A stretch of 64,000 nt of DNA, from assembly GCA_054600435.1 (NCBI GenBank), contig BAAIJX010000008.1:434001-498000 (forward strand), in the 5' to 3' direction. The notes below the pieces were generated by a model. That model was not told where the DNA came from, ran no database searches, and saw only the letters and a list, made by a program, of their open reading frames with translations. This DNA comes from Neophaeotheca triangularis. Lineage: Eukaryota. The position numbers and the translations under genes were made by a program. Shown piece after piece: positions 10,580 through 21,795 of the stretch (position 1 is its first letter; every line of letters begins with the position of its first letter).

Positions 10580-10883
10580 GGTTTGACAAACGCTCTCGAA
10601 AGGGGGGAGGTTTTTATTTTATTCTATAGTTGCCTTTGTGACTGTAGAGATTTGCGAGTGTTCCAAGGTAAAAGCTGGTTTTCTTTCGACGTATCGATAC
10701 CGTCGTTCACGTTGCAGTGTCCTTGCTCAACCCTTTGTTCGCAAGTATGGTTATGATTTCGGTCTTTCAAGGTCGCGCGCCATGGGTTTGCTGCACATGT
10801 TCTAATGCTCGGGATGTCAGACGGCCTTCGAGGTACCTGAGGTAAGGTATTATCAGCAACGGATGCTTACATATTGGTAGTCC

Positions 10884-10891
10884 TGACGTCA
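10884..10891. promoter_or_regulatory. Second perfect TGACGTCA palindrome in divergent promoter
   Basis: TGACGTCAC lies between the divergent ATGs at 10579 (-) and 11243 (+). Confidence 0.4.
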
Positions 10892-11242
10892 CCCCTGCAG
10901 CTGTATTCATATTGAAATCCTCCGTGTTGTGCTATGAACTCAATCGCATGTGTATATATTAAGAGGATCGTTGATAGGTTGTCCTTCCACAATTGCGTTG
11001 AACTTGGTGTCATCGCAGCAGGAACCCAGCAGGAACCCGATCATCTGTGACTAGGTACTAGCAACTGTCAAGGGTGTGGTCCTCTTCATTCAGAACTACG
11101 CAATCCATACTAGTGTCCAGTTGCCATCGACTCCCGCATCAGGCATAAACACACACATCAACTCGAACCAGCCCCATATTCTCCACGAATCGACCATCTC
11201 CACCAACAAGACTAACTTCAACCCGGGACACCACTCCCGACC

Positions 11243-12694
11243 ATGGCAGCCAACAAACCACCACCGCAGCTGCCCCCGGGAACCTCAAGCATGCTAGCAG
11301 GCATGTCCGAGAACCTCTCCTTCCACGCCTCACCCGAAACCTTCATCGCAAACCGCGCTCTCCAGTACCAACAGCAAAACCCCGAAGCCGTCGACAAGCG
11401 GACAACGATCCGCGCCAAAATCCTCAACCGCAACGTCGCAATCGTATCGTCCTACTCACAAGTGCAGCAGGTTTTGGATGCGCCTGACAACTGCGCAGCA
11501 AACGAAAGGGACCAGAAGAAGGAAGACCCTTTCGTAGCGACGGCTCCTTACCGACGCTTGATGGTCGATTTCTTCCCGCCTCCGAACCTGCTATTGAACG
11601 ATGGCTGTCCGCATCGTTCCTCGAAACGGCGGTGGAAAGAGGCGTCGGCGCCGCTCAGTTCAGCATCAGTGAGCCAGCGCATCACCGCGCGAGCAGGGCA
11701 GTTGTTTCAAGAGTTACTGCAGGCTTCGACCGAGGCGCGGGTCGATTTGTACAGTTTTCTCAAAGACATGGCGTGGGAGATCCACCTCGATGCTTTCCTC
11801 GACATGCAGCCGGACGATCCCGAGTACAGCGATTTCGTGCGTTTGCAGGAGGATTTGCTGCGCGGTCAGTTCTCGTTGTTTCCCGTCACTGTCAATACGG
11901 GGTTTTGGCATTCACCGCGGAAGGTTGGGATTGATGCTCGGAAGAAGCTGCAGGGTATTATTGCTAAAAGGCTTGAGAAGGGGTTTCCTGCTTGGCTGAA
12001 GGAGGCGGGATTGCAGGATTGTCGAGAGGAGACTGTGAATCATTTGCTCATGTCGACGAGTAGTCTCGCGGTGAAGGGGTTTGCTTCGCTGATGACTGCT
12101 TTTCTGTTGAACGTTTTTGTGTATAGATCGGAGTCGATAAGCAGTGATGTTTCGTTGTCAGTATTGCTTGATGGAGAGGAGAATGAGGATGCCAGAGGCA
12201 TGAAACTTCGATCGATATATCAAGAGACTTTACGCCTCAGTCCGCCTATAGTCGGCGTAATGAGGCGTAGTGCTCAAGACCGAACGCTGACGGTGGCTGA
12301 CAAGATCGAGCCGGACATCAAGCTACCCAGTGGATGGGATACATGGACGTATTTCCCAGGTGCTAATAGAGACAAGCATGCCTTTGGGGAGACGGCTGAC
12401 TTGTTCGATCCGTGGCGGTACATGCCTGGCAGTGAACAGCCGCCTCCTCCGATCGCGTTTGGTCTTGGGCCGAAACAATGCCTCGGGGTTGACTTCGTCG
12501 AGACAGCATGCTTAGCTGTACTTTCCGCTTGTCGGCAGGCAAAACTGTCAGTTGACGGAGTGATTGAATCGGCCGGGGTGAAAGGGTTCTTAGGTTGGGA
12601 AGTCGTCAATGGGCAAGCCTGGGCAAGAGACATGAAGCAGCTCCCAACCCAGCATCCAACCTCACCAATCTGGGTGATGCTTAGAAAACATTAG
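11243..12694 (+). CDS. Cytochrome P450 (atypical: no N-terminal TM anchor, no AGxDT threonine)
   Basis: ExxR (QETLRLSPP), meander FDPWRY and heme motif FGLGPKQCLG. Single exon, 483 aa. Confidence 0.9.
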   Translation: MAANKPPPQLPPGTSSMLAGMSENLSFHASPETFIANRALQYQQQNPEAVDKRTTIRAKILNRNVAIVSSYSQVQQVLDAPDNCAANERDQKKEDPFVATAPYRRLMVDFFPPPNLLLNDGCPHRSSKRRWKEASAPLSSASVSQRITARAGQLFQELLQASTEARVDLYSFLKDMAWEIHLDAFLDMQPDDPEYSDFVRLQEDLLRGQFSLFPVTVNTGFWHSPRKVGIDARKKLQGIIAKRLEKGFPAWLKEAGLQDCREETVNHLLMSTSSLAVKGFASLMTAFLLNVFVYRSESISSDVSLSVLLDGEENEDARGMKLRSIYQETLRLSPPIVGVMRRSAQDRTLTVADKIEPDIKLPSGWDTWTYFPGANRDKHAFGETADLFDPWRYMPGSEQPPPPIAFGLGPKQCLGVDFVETACLAVLSACRQAKLSVDGVIESAGVKGFLGWEVVNGQAWARDMKQLPTQHPTSPIWVMLRKH

Positions 12695-12723
12695 TAATCT
12701 TCACCAAACACCAACATTACATC

Positions 12724-13545
12724 TCACTCCCTCTTCACCGCTCTCTTCCCCTGCTTCAGAACCATACTCCGAACAAGCCCCAACCACCACAACCCATTCA
12801 ACCCCACCAACGCTCCAGTCCCCATCTGACAAACCCACCTCTGCATCCTCATCGCTCTCCACGCCCCTAGCCCATGAAACTCTCCATACCGCCGCAAAAC
12901 CCACACGACACTCCCAAACCGCGCCAAAGCAAACGTAAAAGCAAGCAAAGCATCCCACTGCCACTCAGCCCTCCCTGTACGCTTCCTCCGCCACCACCGC
13001 AAGTGCAGAAACGGCGTACTGGCATTCATCAAAATGAACGCGTCGATGATCCAGACCCCACGTTCGCGGCCCTGCGCGATGTAGGTTTGCAGATACCCCA
13101 GCGCGGCTACGAGAGCGGCGTGGTGGCCCAGTAGCACGGTGTCGGAGGCTTCGGCTTTGCGCGTGGTGTTGGTGTGATTGCGTCCCGGTTGGCGGAGAGG
13201 TCGGGACACGCCGCTTAAGGCCAGGATGGCGACGGTGTCGAAGATGAGGTATCCCGTTTCCCAGGCCGTGAGGGCGTTGCCGAAGGCCGAGCGCCCAGTG
13301 ATTAGAGGGTTGTGCGTGTCGTCTAGGCCTTGGGGGCCGATGCGGAAGGGTAGGTTTTCGAGAGTGCCGCTGCTCCAGGGTTGCGAGAGGATGTAGATGG
13401 TTGCTGCGCTGGAGACGAGGGAGTGGGCGCCGGAGATGAGTTTAGTGATCGTTGATGGGTCTGATGAGGTTGTGGTTTTGGTCACGGCATAGGAGGCGAA
13501 GTAGGTCAGGGCTGAGAGGCCTACTACGGCGTATGGGTGAGGCAT
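12724..13545 (-). CDS. TLC (TRAM/LAG1/CLN8) domain membrane protein
   Basis: Motifs ISGAHS, GYLIFD, LGHH, MNASTPFLHLRW, FALARF and LNGLWW; 5-6 TM segments. Single exon. Confidence 0.82.
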   Translation of the reverse strand: MPHPYAVVGLSALTYFASYAVTKTTTSSDPSTITKLISGAHSLVSSAATIYILSQPWSSGTLENLPFRIGPQGLDDTHNPLITGRSAFGNALTAWETGYLIFDTVAILALSGVSRPLRQPGRNHTNTTRKAEASDTVLLGHHAALVAALGYLQTYIAQGRERGVWIIDAFILMNASTPFLHLRWWRRKRTGRAEWQWDALLAFTFALARFGSVVWVLRRYGEFHGLGAWRAMRMQRWVCQMGTGALVGLNGLWWLGLVRSMVLKQGKRAVKRE

Positions 13546-13861
13546 CTTCAGTGATTACTCGTAGCGCCCACACTATGGATTACGATGCTCAAGACAACCC
13601 TTGTTTTGGCATATATTGAAGTGAAATACAACGCTGAGGATGCAGTAGTAATTGGAAGCGGGCCAAAGCAGGGTCAAGTGGAGAAATATGTGCTGCTATT
13701 GGTCAGCTGGTGCATGCGCTAGCCAATGGACACATGTCGGTGAATGGAGTACCAATTGCTAATATAGTAGCTCTCTCCTATATGTACTTTATGTTGCCTG
13801 ACAGCTGATCCGACTTGACTTGGCCTTCCAGTCAACGAAAAATAACGACCCTCATCCGCCA

Positions 13862-16121
13862 TTACAATAAGAAACCAAGCAAAGCAACAGCAGCGCCCAC
13901 AGCCAACCCCACCGGCCTCAAACCCCCAGCACCACCAGTATACGCCGAAGGAGTCGGGCTAACAGGCATCGTCCCATTCGACGTAGCATTCCCCGAGGCT
14001 TTCCCAGTACCCACAACGTCTGGAAACAATTTCGTCGAGTTTGCATCAACAAGAATGTACCTCTCCACCTCCGCCGTGCCGTCAAGCAAGCTCTCAATCT
14101 GCTCCGCAGAACACGTCGCGCCAGGATCAAGGACGTAACAAAACTCCAACGGCTGCGGCGGGTCCTCGTTCATGATGGAACGTGTATCAGAAGGGCCTTG
14201 AGTAGCGTACTCGCCCTCGGCCGTATTAATTTGACCGGTGGCGATGTCCTTATTGAATAGCGCTCGCATGAAGATGGCGTAAGCAGTCTCGGGCTGGTAC
14301 GAGGGGACCTCGTGACCGGCTTCGTAGACTCGCGTGAAGGAGAGGTTGCCGTATTGACGTACTTGGCCGCCGATGTAGGAGGCGTTGGTTTGGATGCCTT
14401 CGTAGCCGGCCGCGGCGAATTGTTCCGTGTTGGTGTAGTTGATTGCGAGACTTACCGCTTCGCCGCCAAGCCAGTTGCTAATTGGTAGAGGTCAGCTAGA
14501 GGTGCTTCGATGGAGAAGTTGTGAGTCTTACCAAGCAAAGTCCCTGTCGCCGTACATCAGGTTGACCTTAATGCCGCTCTCTAGAAGATAAGCCAGGTCC
14601 TCGAGCCATCCGGGTCTGGGATAGTCACCAATGCCTCTGAACGCTGCTGCGACTGTTCCAGAAGACTGCGTCCAGTTCAGAGGCACTCCCATGGCGGCCT
14701 GAACGTGCGGTTGATTGAGGAAACCCTGGTAGAAAGGTGCCGGGAACGGGTCGGGGTCGAAAGTGGCAATGTCGTAGTAATTTCGGCCACTGTATAGCAA
14801 GTACGGATCACGCACTCCCTCGGAGCAGAATGATTCAGCAGCTTCACAAACCTCGTTCACCGTCTCGTTGATCCCGCGGTTCTCGGGGTCGAATTCACGA
14901 GCAAGGGCTCGGCAGTCGTTGATCTGGTCTCTACAACCACCGTCCATGTAGTATGCCTCGTTCATCTGATTGAAAACGGTCTCGTTGACCGCCTCAATGC
15001 CGTAGGTATTGTTGAAAGCAATTTGAGGGTAAGAAGGCCACTGAACCTGACGATCGAGACATCCATTAACGATCATAAGTGTATCGAGGTTAAGGATATA
15101 CATTTCACCCTCGGTGCCATCCCAAGTACCGTTCTGGATCTTCATGTCTTGCTCCTCGAAAAACGCAGCAAAGGCCGGACCGTACCTACCGCCGTACGAC
15201 TCGGTGGCAATGCTGATGCGGGAGTCGTTGGGGGAGTATCCCGGGAATTCTTGGAACCAGACTTGTGCAAAATGCCAAAGGGCTATGGCTGCGTTTACGG
15301 AGCCTTCCGCGGTCTGATTGCCATCCTGGCTAGGATATGTACCGACAAGGAAGGTCGCATTCTGCTCTGGGATAGGGTCCGTTGCATTGAGCACGGTAAC
15401 TTCGCCAGTCAAGAGGTTCGTGGTGACGTTTTGAAGCGTGTCGTACGACAGACCCACCTGTACCGGTTGATCGAGGTATAGCATGTTGACTGCAACTGTT
15501 AGCCGCGAGCAAAGTAGGACACCCACTTGGCTTGCAAACCTTCATTATTCTGTCCTTTGTTAGCAAAAACGTCTCGCCTTGCAGATTACGAGTACCTACC
15601 CAAGACCACTCATTCAAATACGTGGAATTCGAATCAGCATTCACAAAACAAGGTCCATTCTCAACAAGCAAACCCAGCATCGACGACGAGCCCGGACCGC
15701 CATTCATCTACACAAGGGTCAGCTCTACCTTCAATCTCAACCGTCTACATTCTTACCCAAATCGAGAGCGGAGCATTGGTGGGATCGCTACGAGCCTCAA
15801 AGAACCAGAAGAAAGTGTTGATGGGATACTGTTGCGGTTCGCCCAGATCCGACAATGTTCCCGGTGGGAGATGGACGTGGCCGGAGTAGGAGCGAACGCC
15901 GGGCGTGGTTTCGCAGATCTCGGTCTATTAATGGGTCAACATTGTGCTAAGGAGCGCTATTGTGGCATGGGCAGGCTGACTTCTTTGTATGAGATGGTAA
16001 CTTCGCTATCGAACTGCGATCGGAGGACGGTGATGCCTTCTGGCTCAGGCGGGAACTGCGCAAAAGCAAAGGGACTGGTGGCCGCGAGCAGCAGCGCTGC
16101 GTTCTTGAAAGTACCTAGCAT
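13862..16121 (-). CDS. Secreted, probably GPI-anchored serine carboxypeptidase (peptidase S10), multi-exon
   Basis: Signal peptide [21 protein letters not shown] from ATG 16121. Motifs [27 protein letters not shown], catalytic TESYGG, GDRD and AGHEVP; hydrophobic C-terminus. Introns at about 15980-15925, several in 15700-15490, and about 14531-14478. Confidence 0.92.
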
Positions 16122-16570
16122 GATCAAAGACTCAACGATTGTTGTAACAATTAGGACTCTTGATCGAACGAGAGGAAGTGGGAGGGGGGGAGCGACCTGC
16201 CATGATATACCTACCGCCAAGGACGAGCAGTCGGAAACGGAACAAGACTTTGGCTTTGCAAGATCCAAGCAGTGCTCCACAAATGCTTGTTACCATCCAA
16301 TGCTTCTCAGCGTAAGCTAGAGCTCACATGGGGAAGCCGGTAAGATAGAAGTGGATGGCCAAGACACAAGTGGCGCTGAAACAGGAAGGTAAAGTGAGAT
16401 GTGAGACGCGGAGAGGCTGGTGATAAGTGCGGGGCAGCTTTACTGTATGCAGGGAGGCAGGCTTGATTTTTTTGCCAGTTTGGTCGGTCCATCGATAAAG
16501 TGAGTAGAAGCGTTTCATGTAACATATTTCAATCGCCGAGTGAAGCGTTCGGGGAGCCGCTGCAGTAATG

Positions 16571-18592
16571 TTACTTTCCTTGCATGCGCTTAATCCTCTC
16601 TTCAGCGGCTCTGGCTCGCCTTTCTCGCTCCAATTTCATCCTCATCTCATCTGTCATCCCTCTCGCCTCCTCCGCCCGCCTCTCTTCGGCAGTCATGATG
16701 TTCGACTTGAGGACATTGCCTTGTCCAAACTTCTTTTCCTTGTTCTGTTCCACTCTTTCGACGTCTTCCTTCCGCAGCCTTTCGCGCTCACGCTCCTTCC
16801 GGGCTTTTTCGCCAGCTTCTTCGGCAGCTTTTTCTTCTTTCTCTCGAGCTGTTCGGGCGCCTGCTTCTGCTTGAGACAAGGGCGCAGGTACGCGTGCATC
16901 GTCCCAGTTGCAGTGGGCCTCCCCAAGCTGAGAGCGGGCGAGACGGAAGGCATCGCGAGTTGCGCGGTCGCCGGAGATGTCAAAGGGCGTTTTGCCTTCT
17001 TCGTTGCGGACAGTGGGGTCTGCTTTGATTTTAACAAGTAGTGCTGAGGCGCAAGCCGGACTATTCGAGGAAGCGGCAAGGTGGAGGGGGGTGGGCGCAT
17101 GATGGTTCTGCTCGGCTGGGAAAAAGCGGAAGTTCGGGTCTAGCGAGGACGACTGTATGTACGAGACCAGTCCTGGGGCTTTTGAACGCCTGATTAGTGC
17201 CTGGAGCTGTGTTGTATGGAGCGAGGCCTCTTCCTCTGCTTTTGAGGGCTTGCTTGGCTTCACAGCGGTTTGTTTGGTGCTGTTAGCCGCTGCTTCGGCC
17301 TTTGCTGCAGCTACCGCGGCGGCTTGCTCTCGTTGCTTTGCTTCAGCCGCCTCGTCGACTACCTTGACTTTGACTCTTGTCAGTTCCACAAAGGCACGCA
17401 TCAGCTCGGACTGCGTTGCTCGGCGAGTGTTGAAGGGGAAACCCCGAATTCTCTCATCCTTCTGGCTTAGTATTTGATCGTCGTAGGGTCCAAAAAGAGT
17501 GCGTCGGTTCGTGCTTCCAGTCGCGCGGATGAAAATAAGCTCCGAGGTGTCAATCAAGGGCTTCCACTCCGCCAGTAGATTCCGAACGTCTTGGACTAAA
17601 GCCGTCTCGTTATATCGGCGGAGACTCGAGCCTGCAGAATGCGCATTCCCTTTCGCGCTGTCCATGGCAGACTGCGAACCACCCTGTTTCCGCCGCGTGG
17701 TATACCTGTGGAACGTCTTGTGCGCTATCACCGTTGCCGTTCTGTCTTCCACACCAGACTTCTTTGTCAACTTTGGTGTCAGCGATACAATCATACCGGC
17801 AAAGTGACCGCCACCAATCATGCAAAGAAAGTAGTGTGGGCCTGCCGCGCTGGTGCCTTGTGGTATCATCGACTCGGGCAGAGGCACGCCTCCATCTTCT
17901 TCCTGCTCTTCTTTGGACTTTGGGCCTGGAGGCGGTTTGGCAGCCAGTTGTTTGCTCTGTATAGTCTTCACTAGCTTGTCGTCCGACTCTAGCTCGTCAT
18001 CACCGAATATACCACGATACATCCCAAGCGAGGTGTCAGAAGGCAGCTTTGTACTGTTAAACCAAATCATGCCACCCTTGCCTCCACCTCTCTTCCGTTT
18101 CTTGACAGGCGCATCCTCGGCATCGCCATCCGTTACTTTGGCTTGTCTTTTGAGTAGCGCGCTAAGTGTGGTGTCCTTGCCCTTCGCTCCATTTACTTCT
18201 TCCTCATCCTCGCTCGACTCGGAGCTGTCCGACCCAGAGATACTCTCATCCAACTGCCCGACCAAACGCTCGAATTCTGCCTCATTCACCGCTTTCCTCC
18301 CTCGCATCTTCTGCTTGATATTGTAGCCGTGGAAATCCGACCGCACATGGCTCCGTTGGTCGAGCAGATTGGCGAAGGTCATATTACAAAGCGCGCAAGA
18401 AGTCGCTTTCGCTGGCCCATCATGCTGCTTTTCTTCGCCATTCTGGCTTAATGCTGCTCCATCTACGCCATATGTTTCCTCTTCCGCAGCCTCAGTCGGC
18501 TGGACCTTGAGCTGCAACGAGTACAGCAACTCCTCTGGCAAGTCGAAAATGTACAGCGGTCGCTGAATTAGCTTGTCCACTGGTTGCGCCAT
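16571..18592 (-). CDS. VMS1: Vms1/ANKZF1 ribosome-quality-control release factor
   Basis: ATG 18592 (MAQPVDK). C2H2 finger CALC...H...H, VLRF1 motifs GGGHFAG and HKTFHRYTTRRKQGGSQS, SSLRRYNE, ankyrin TPLHLAA, and C-terminal VIM (RRARAAEER). Confidence 0.95.
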   Translation of the reverse strand: MAQPVDKLIQRPLYIFDLPEELLYSLQLKVQPTEAAEEETYGVDGAALSQNGEEKQHDGPAKATSCALCNMTFANLLDQRSHVRSDFHGYNIKQKMRGRKAVNEAEFERLVGQLDESISGSDSSESSEDEEEVNGAKGKDTTLSALLKRQAKVTDGDAEDAPVKKRKRGGGKGGMIWFNSTKLPSDTSLGMYRGIFGDDELESDDKLVKTIQSKQLAAKPPPGPKSKEEQEEDGGVPLPESMIPQGTSAAGPHYFLCMIGGGHFAGMIVSLTPKLTKKSGVEDRTATVIAHKTFHRYTTRRKQGGSQSAMDSAKGNAHSAGSSLRRYNETALVQDVRNLLAEWKPLIDTSELIFIRATGSTNRRTLFGPYDDQILSQKDERIRGFPFNTRRATQSELMRAFVELTRVKVKVVDEAAEAKQREQAAAVAAAKAEAAANSTKQTAVKPSKPSKAEEEASLHTTQLQALIRRSKAPGLVSYIQSSSLDPNFRFFPAEQNHHAPTPLHLAASSNSPACASALLVKIKADPTVRNEEGKTPFDISGDRATRDAFRLARSQLGEAHCNWDDARVPAPLSQAEAGARTAREKEEKAAEEAGEKARKERERERLRKEDVERVEQNKEKKFGQGNVLKSNIMTAEERRAEEARGMTDEMRMKLERERRARAAEERIKRMQGK

Positions 18593-19186
18593 ATCTGCGA
18601 AGTCCGATGACAATGAAGGCTTTCTTGTGACATGGATACGGAGGGTTGTAGCGTGCGGAAAAGAGTGGAAAAGATGGATGTCGACGACATAGGGCGAAGA
18701 CGTCACTTCTGAAGGAGTCGAGTTCACCTGAGTCAGTTCAGGCCAGTAGTGCCTAATCCTATCATGCCACGTGACATGCAGAGAACAACCTTAGCCACCC
18801 AACCGCCAGCCAGGGCTTGGAACCACCTTGATGGCGACTACTACCAGACCACCCGTTCAGGCGGCAATGGAAGGTGGAGTCGCGCATATCTAACATCACC
18901 TCAGCATCGTGGACTCAGTACATCTACACCTCTTGGCTATCATATCATATCATTGATCACCCTTTGAACAGGGCCATCTGTCTTGAAAGGGCGAACGTTG
19001 GACGATCTAACTTTTGGCGGTACTGCAAGCCGCTTGTGGCGCTTTCTTTCACCCGTGGCGGTGCAGCGCTGTCTTTTTCATTGTCCCTCGACATCATCTC
19101 TCCCTTCGAAAGCGGCAGATAATAGGATTCGGAGGCCCTTGGACCACGGTATTATTACCCCGGAGCGAGGGTGAACCAGGGCCAAC

Positions 19187-20264
19187 ATGGTTCTCTCCAA
19201 CGATGAACGCGGCTGGATCATGACTTGCCTCAGCGGCGTTGGTAAGTTGTTAGACGGCCCTGTTGGCCAGCAAGAACGAGAGAGCTAAAGTCCGAACAGC
19301 ATGCGTACTTGGTGCCTCGGTAATATGCATCGATATCATCGTTCGACAGTTTCCTGGCAAGAAGAACTTTAGGATCCAAGATAGCGACACCTTCCTATCA
19401 CTATCGCTCAGCCTGAGTTTTGGAGTTATGCTGTTCTCTGCTCTTTACAGCATGCTACCCAACGCGAAGAAGTCTTTGGAGAAGGGCGGTTTTAGCTCCC
19501 GGCAAGCTGCTTGGATCATGATTGCTTGTTTCCTTGGAGGGGTGGTAGGGATTCAATTTGTTTCCAGAGTGCTGCACAAATTCATGCCCTCGCACGTGGT
19601 GGACTGTGAGCATTCTCATGACGAGGAAGCGGCAAAGAACCCTGGCCACGACCACCAACACGAAGGAGGCGGAAGCCAAAAGCAAAAACTTGCAGACGCT
19701 CAATCTAACCCCACCGCTTCAAGGCCAAACAAATCTCGAAAGTCCTCTTTACCCGGACACCTGCCGACGGAATCGCGGAAGCCATCAATGCGACAAACAT
19801 CATACTTTGGATCGGGCGGAGAGGGAGCTTTTGCGCCAACCGTAGAGAGCGAAGCAAATCAGCAAGCAGCTGAAGCTCCTTTGCCTCCGTCAAGACGCCC
19901 GTCGCTACAAGCACGACTGACTGCGGGTATCACCAAAATTACTTCTAACTCAAAACCTGCGTGTGACGGCGACGGACCTTGCGCCGGGTACAGCGACCCG
20001 TGTGGACAAGATTGCTTCAAGGGGGTGCAAGCGAACGGAGGCACAAAGTCGCTTCCGCGTTCGGTGAGCGCAGGCGGTAGACCGACCGTTAGCAAGAGTT
20101 CAACGTTGCGATCGAGTGCACGAGCTGGAGAGTCGACGCCTCTACTTTCCGGTATTACCGAGGAGTCCGGGTCAAACTCAAGGAGAAACAGCTCACCAGG
20201 AGCCGCCAACGCTCAGAACAGCGAAGACTCGCACCAAAAACCATCTAGCACAGACACCCTCGCG

Positions 20265-20299
<35 letters not shown>

Positions 20300-20840
20300 T
20301 AACGACCTCCATAAATCGCAGACCAACACCTCCAACCCCGACCTCCACCACCATCACGTCCCACAGAACGCTTTCCTCTCCATCGGCCTCCAAACGAGCC
20401 TCGCCATCGCCCTACACAAACTCCCCGAAGGCTTCATCACGTACGCCACCAACCATGCAAACCCAACTCTCGGCGTAGCCGTTTTCCTCGCCCTCTTCAT
20501 TCACAACATCACCGAAGGCTTTGCCATGGCCCTACCCCTCTACCTCGCCATCAACTCCCGCGCCAAAGCCATGCTCTGGTCCTTCGTGTTGGGTGGGCTG
20601 TCCCAGCCCATTGGCGCTGGCGTCGCGGCCGCTTGGTTCAAAATTGCCGGGCAGGGTAACTGGGCGCCTAGTGAGGGCGTTTATGGGGGCATGTTTGCGG
20701 TTACTGCGGGTATTATGGCCAGTGTGGCGCTGCAGCTTTTTAGCGAGAGTTTGGATTTGACGCATTCGCGCAATCTTTGTATGATTGGTGCGTTTTGTGG
20801 GATGGGGATTTTGGGTATGAGTAGCGCTTTGACTGCTTGA
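19187..20840 (+). CDS. ZIP-family zinc/metal transporter (Zrt3/Zip2-like)
   Basis: Exon 1 19187-19241 (MVLSNDERGWIMTCLSGV), intron 19242-19299 (GTAAGT...CAG). Motifs LHKLPEG and IHNITEG; His-rich loop. Confidence 0.93.
20265..20300 (+). repeat. (GACCAC)6 hexamer encoding a (DH)6 metal-binding loop
   Basis: GACCAC x5 plus GACCAT, in frame in the ZIP cytosolic loop. Confidence 0.9.
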
Positions 20841-21171
20841 GAGCGAAGGGAGTGGCAATGGTTTTTGGGAGGAAGGGTCGGTCTGGAGTGGTCGGAGTTG
20901 GATTTTCCCGCGGTATTGCAATTCCGGTTCGTCGACGAAAAAGCGAGTGCATAGCGTAGCGTAGCACAATTGAAACGGTTTAATGCAGCCTCCGGGGTAA
21001 GCTCATACAAAGGCGAGTTCATGTTTACCTGGGTATCTCTCAACCCAGAGTATTCGCAAGAACGTCGATAATGTTGGGAATGTGTCGCGAAGCGTCGTGC
21101 CTTCCTCACCCATTATGGAGGTTGCTTAGAAAGAAGGCAGCAGTAACACCCAAGCTCAAATCAAGGTACCG

Positions 21172-21196
21172 ACCTCACCTCACCTCACCTCACCTC
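21172..21196 (+). repeat. (ACCTC)5 pentanucleotide microsatellite
   Basis: Read directly from the sequence. Confidence 0.85.
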
Positions 21197-21423
21197 TTCC
21201 CCCCTTGGCCTGGGCACACCTTTCCAAACCTCGACAGCAGCTCTCCGATTGGACTCCACCGCAAAAGCTACTTTTCGTTTAATCCGCAATCATTCTCCTC
21301 GAGGCCATCTTCTTCGATCTCCCTTCGACTTCCACCCTGAGTCGGCATCTCTTCGTCCACCCTGCCTAGAACAAGCACTACTGGCAGCTACCTGACGACC
21401 ATCACCCGAATGCGAAGCGTGCG

Positions 21424-21795
21424 ATGTACGCGGACTATCGCGGTATACGGGTACTTGACAATCATGCGGTTAACATGCTGTTTCAGCGCCGCGCTGGGAT
21501 GAGGCATTGCATGTTAGGTTCTGTCGTCTCAAAGATCTACAAAGCCACCCCTACCACCAGTGTTCTCCGCAGCGCTGCCATCGACTGCATGTGCCACTCC
21601 GCGCGCTCCGAATACTCGGATGGCACGAGGCACACGAGGGAGTTCTCTGCGCTGCATGATGAAGCATTGCTGGACCTTGCTCTTGCCCTCGAGAAGAAGC
21701 CACCTCGTCTCGGTCATGGCGATTTCGCTCTACTTGACAAGTGCCGACACCACTTACACAGCCAGGATGAGCGCTGCAAAGAGCCGGAAAAATAG
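21424..21795 (+). pseudogene. Possible remnant or 3' exon of a fungal BTB/POZ-type protein
   Basis: Pattern YAD..I..L.N.A...IY..T...S.LR...ID...C.HH.H resembles the helical region after fungal BTB domains. No BTB N-terminus is visible upstream. Confidence 0.35.
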
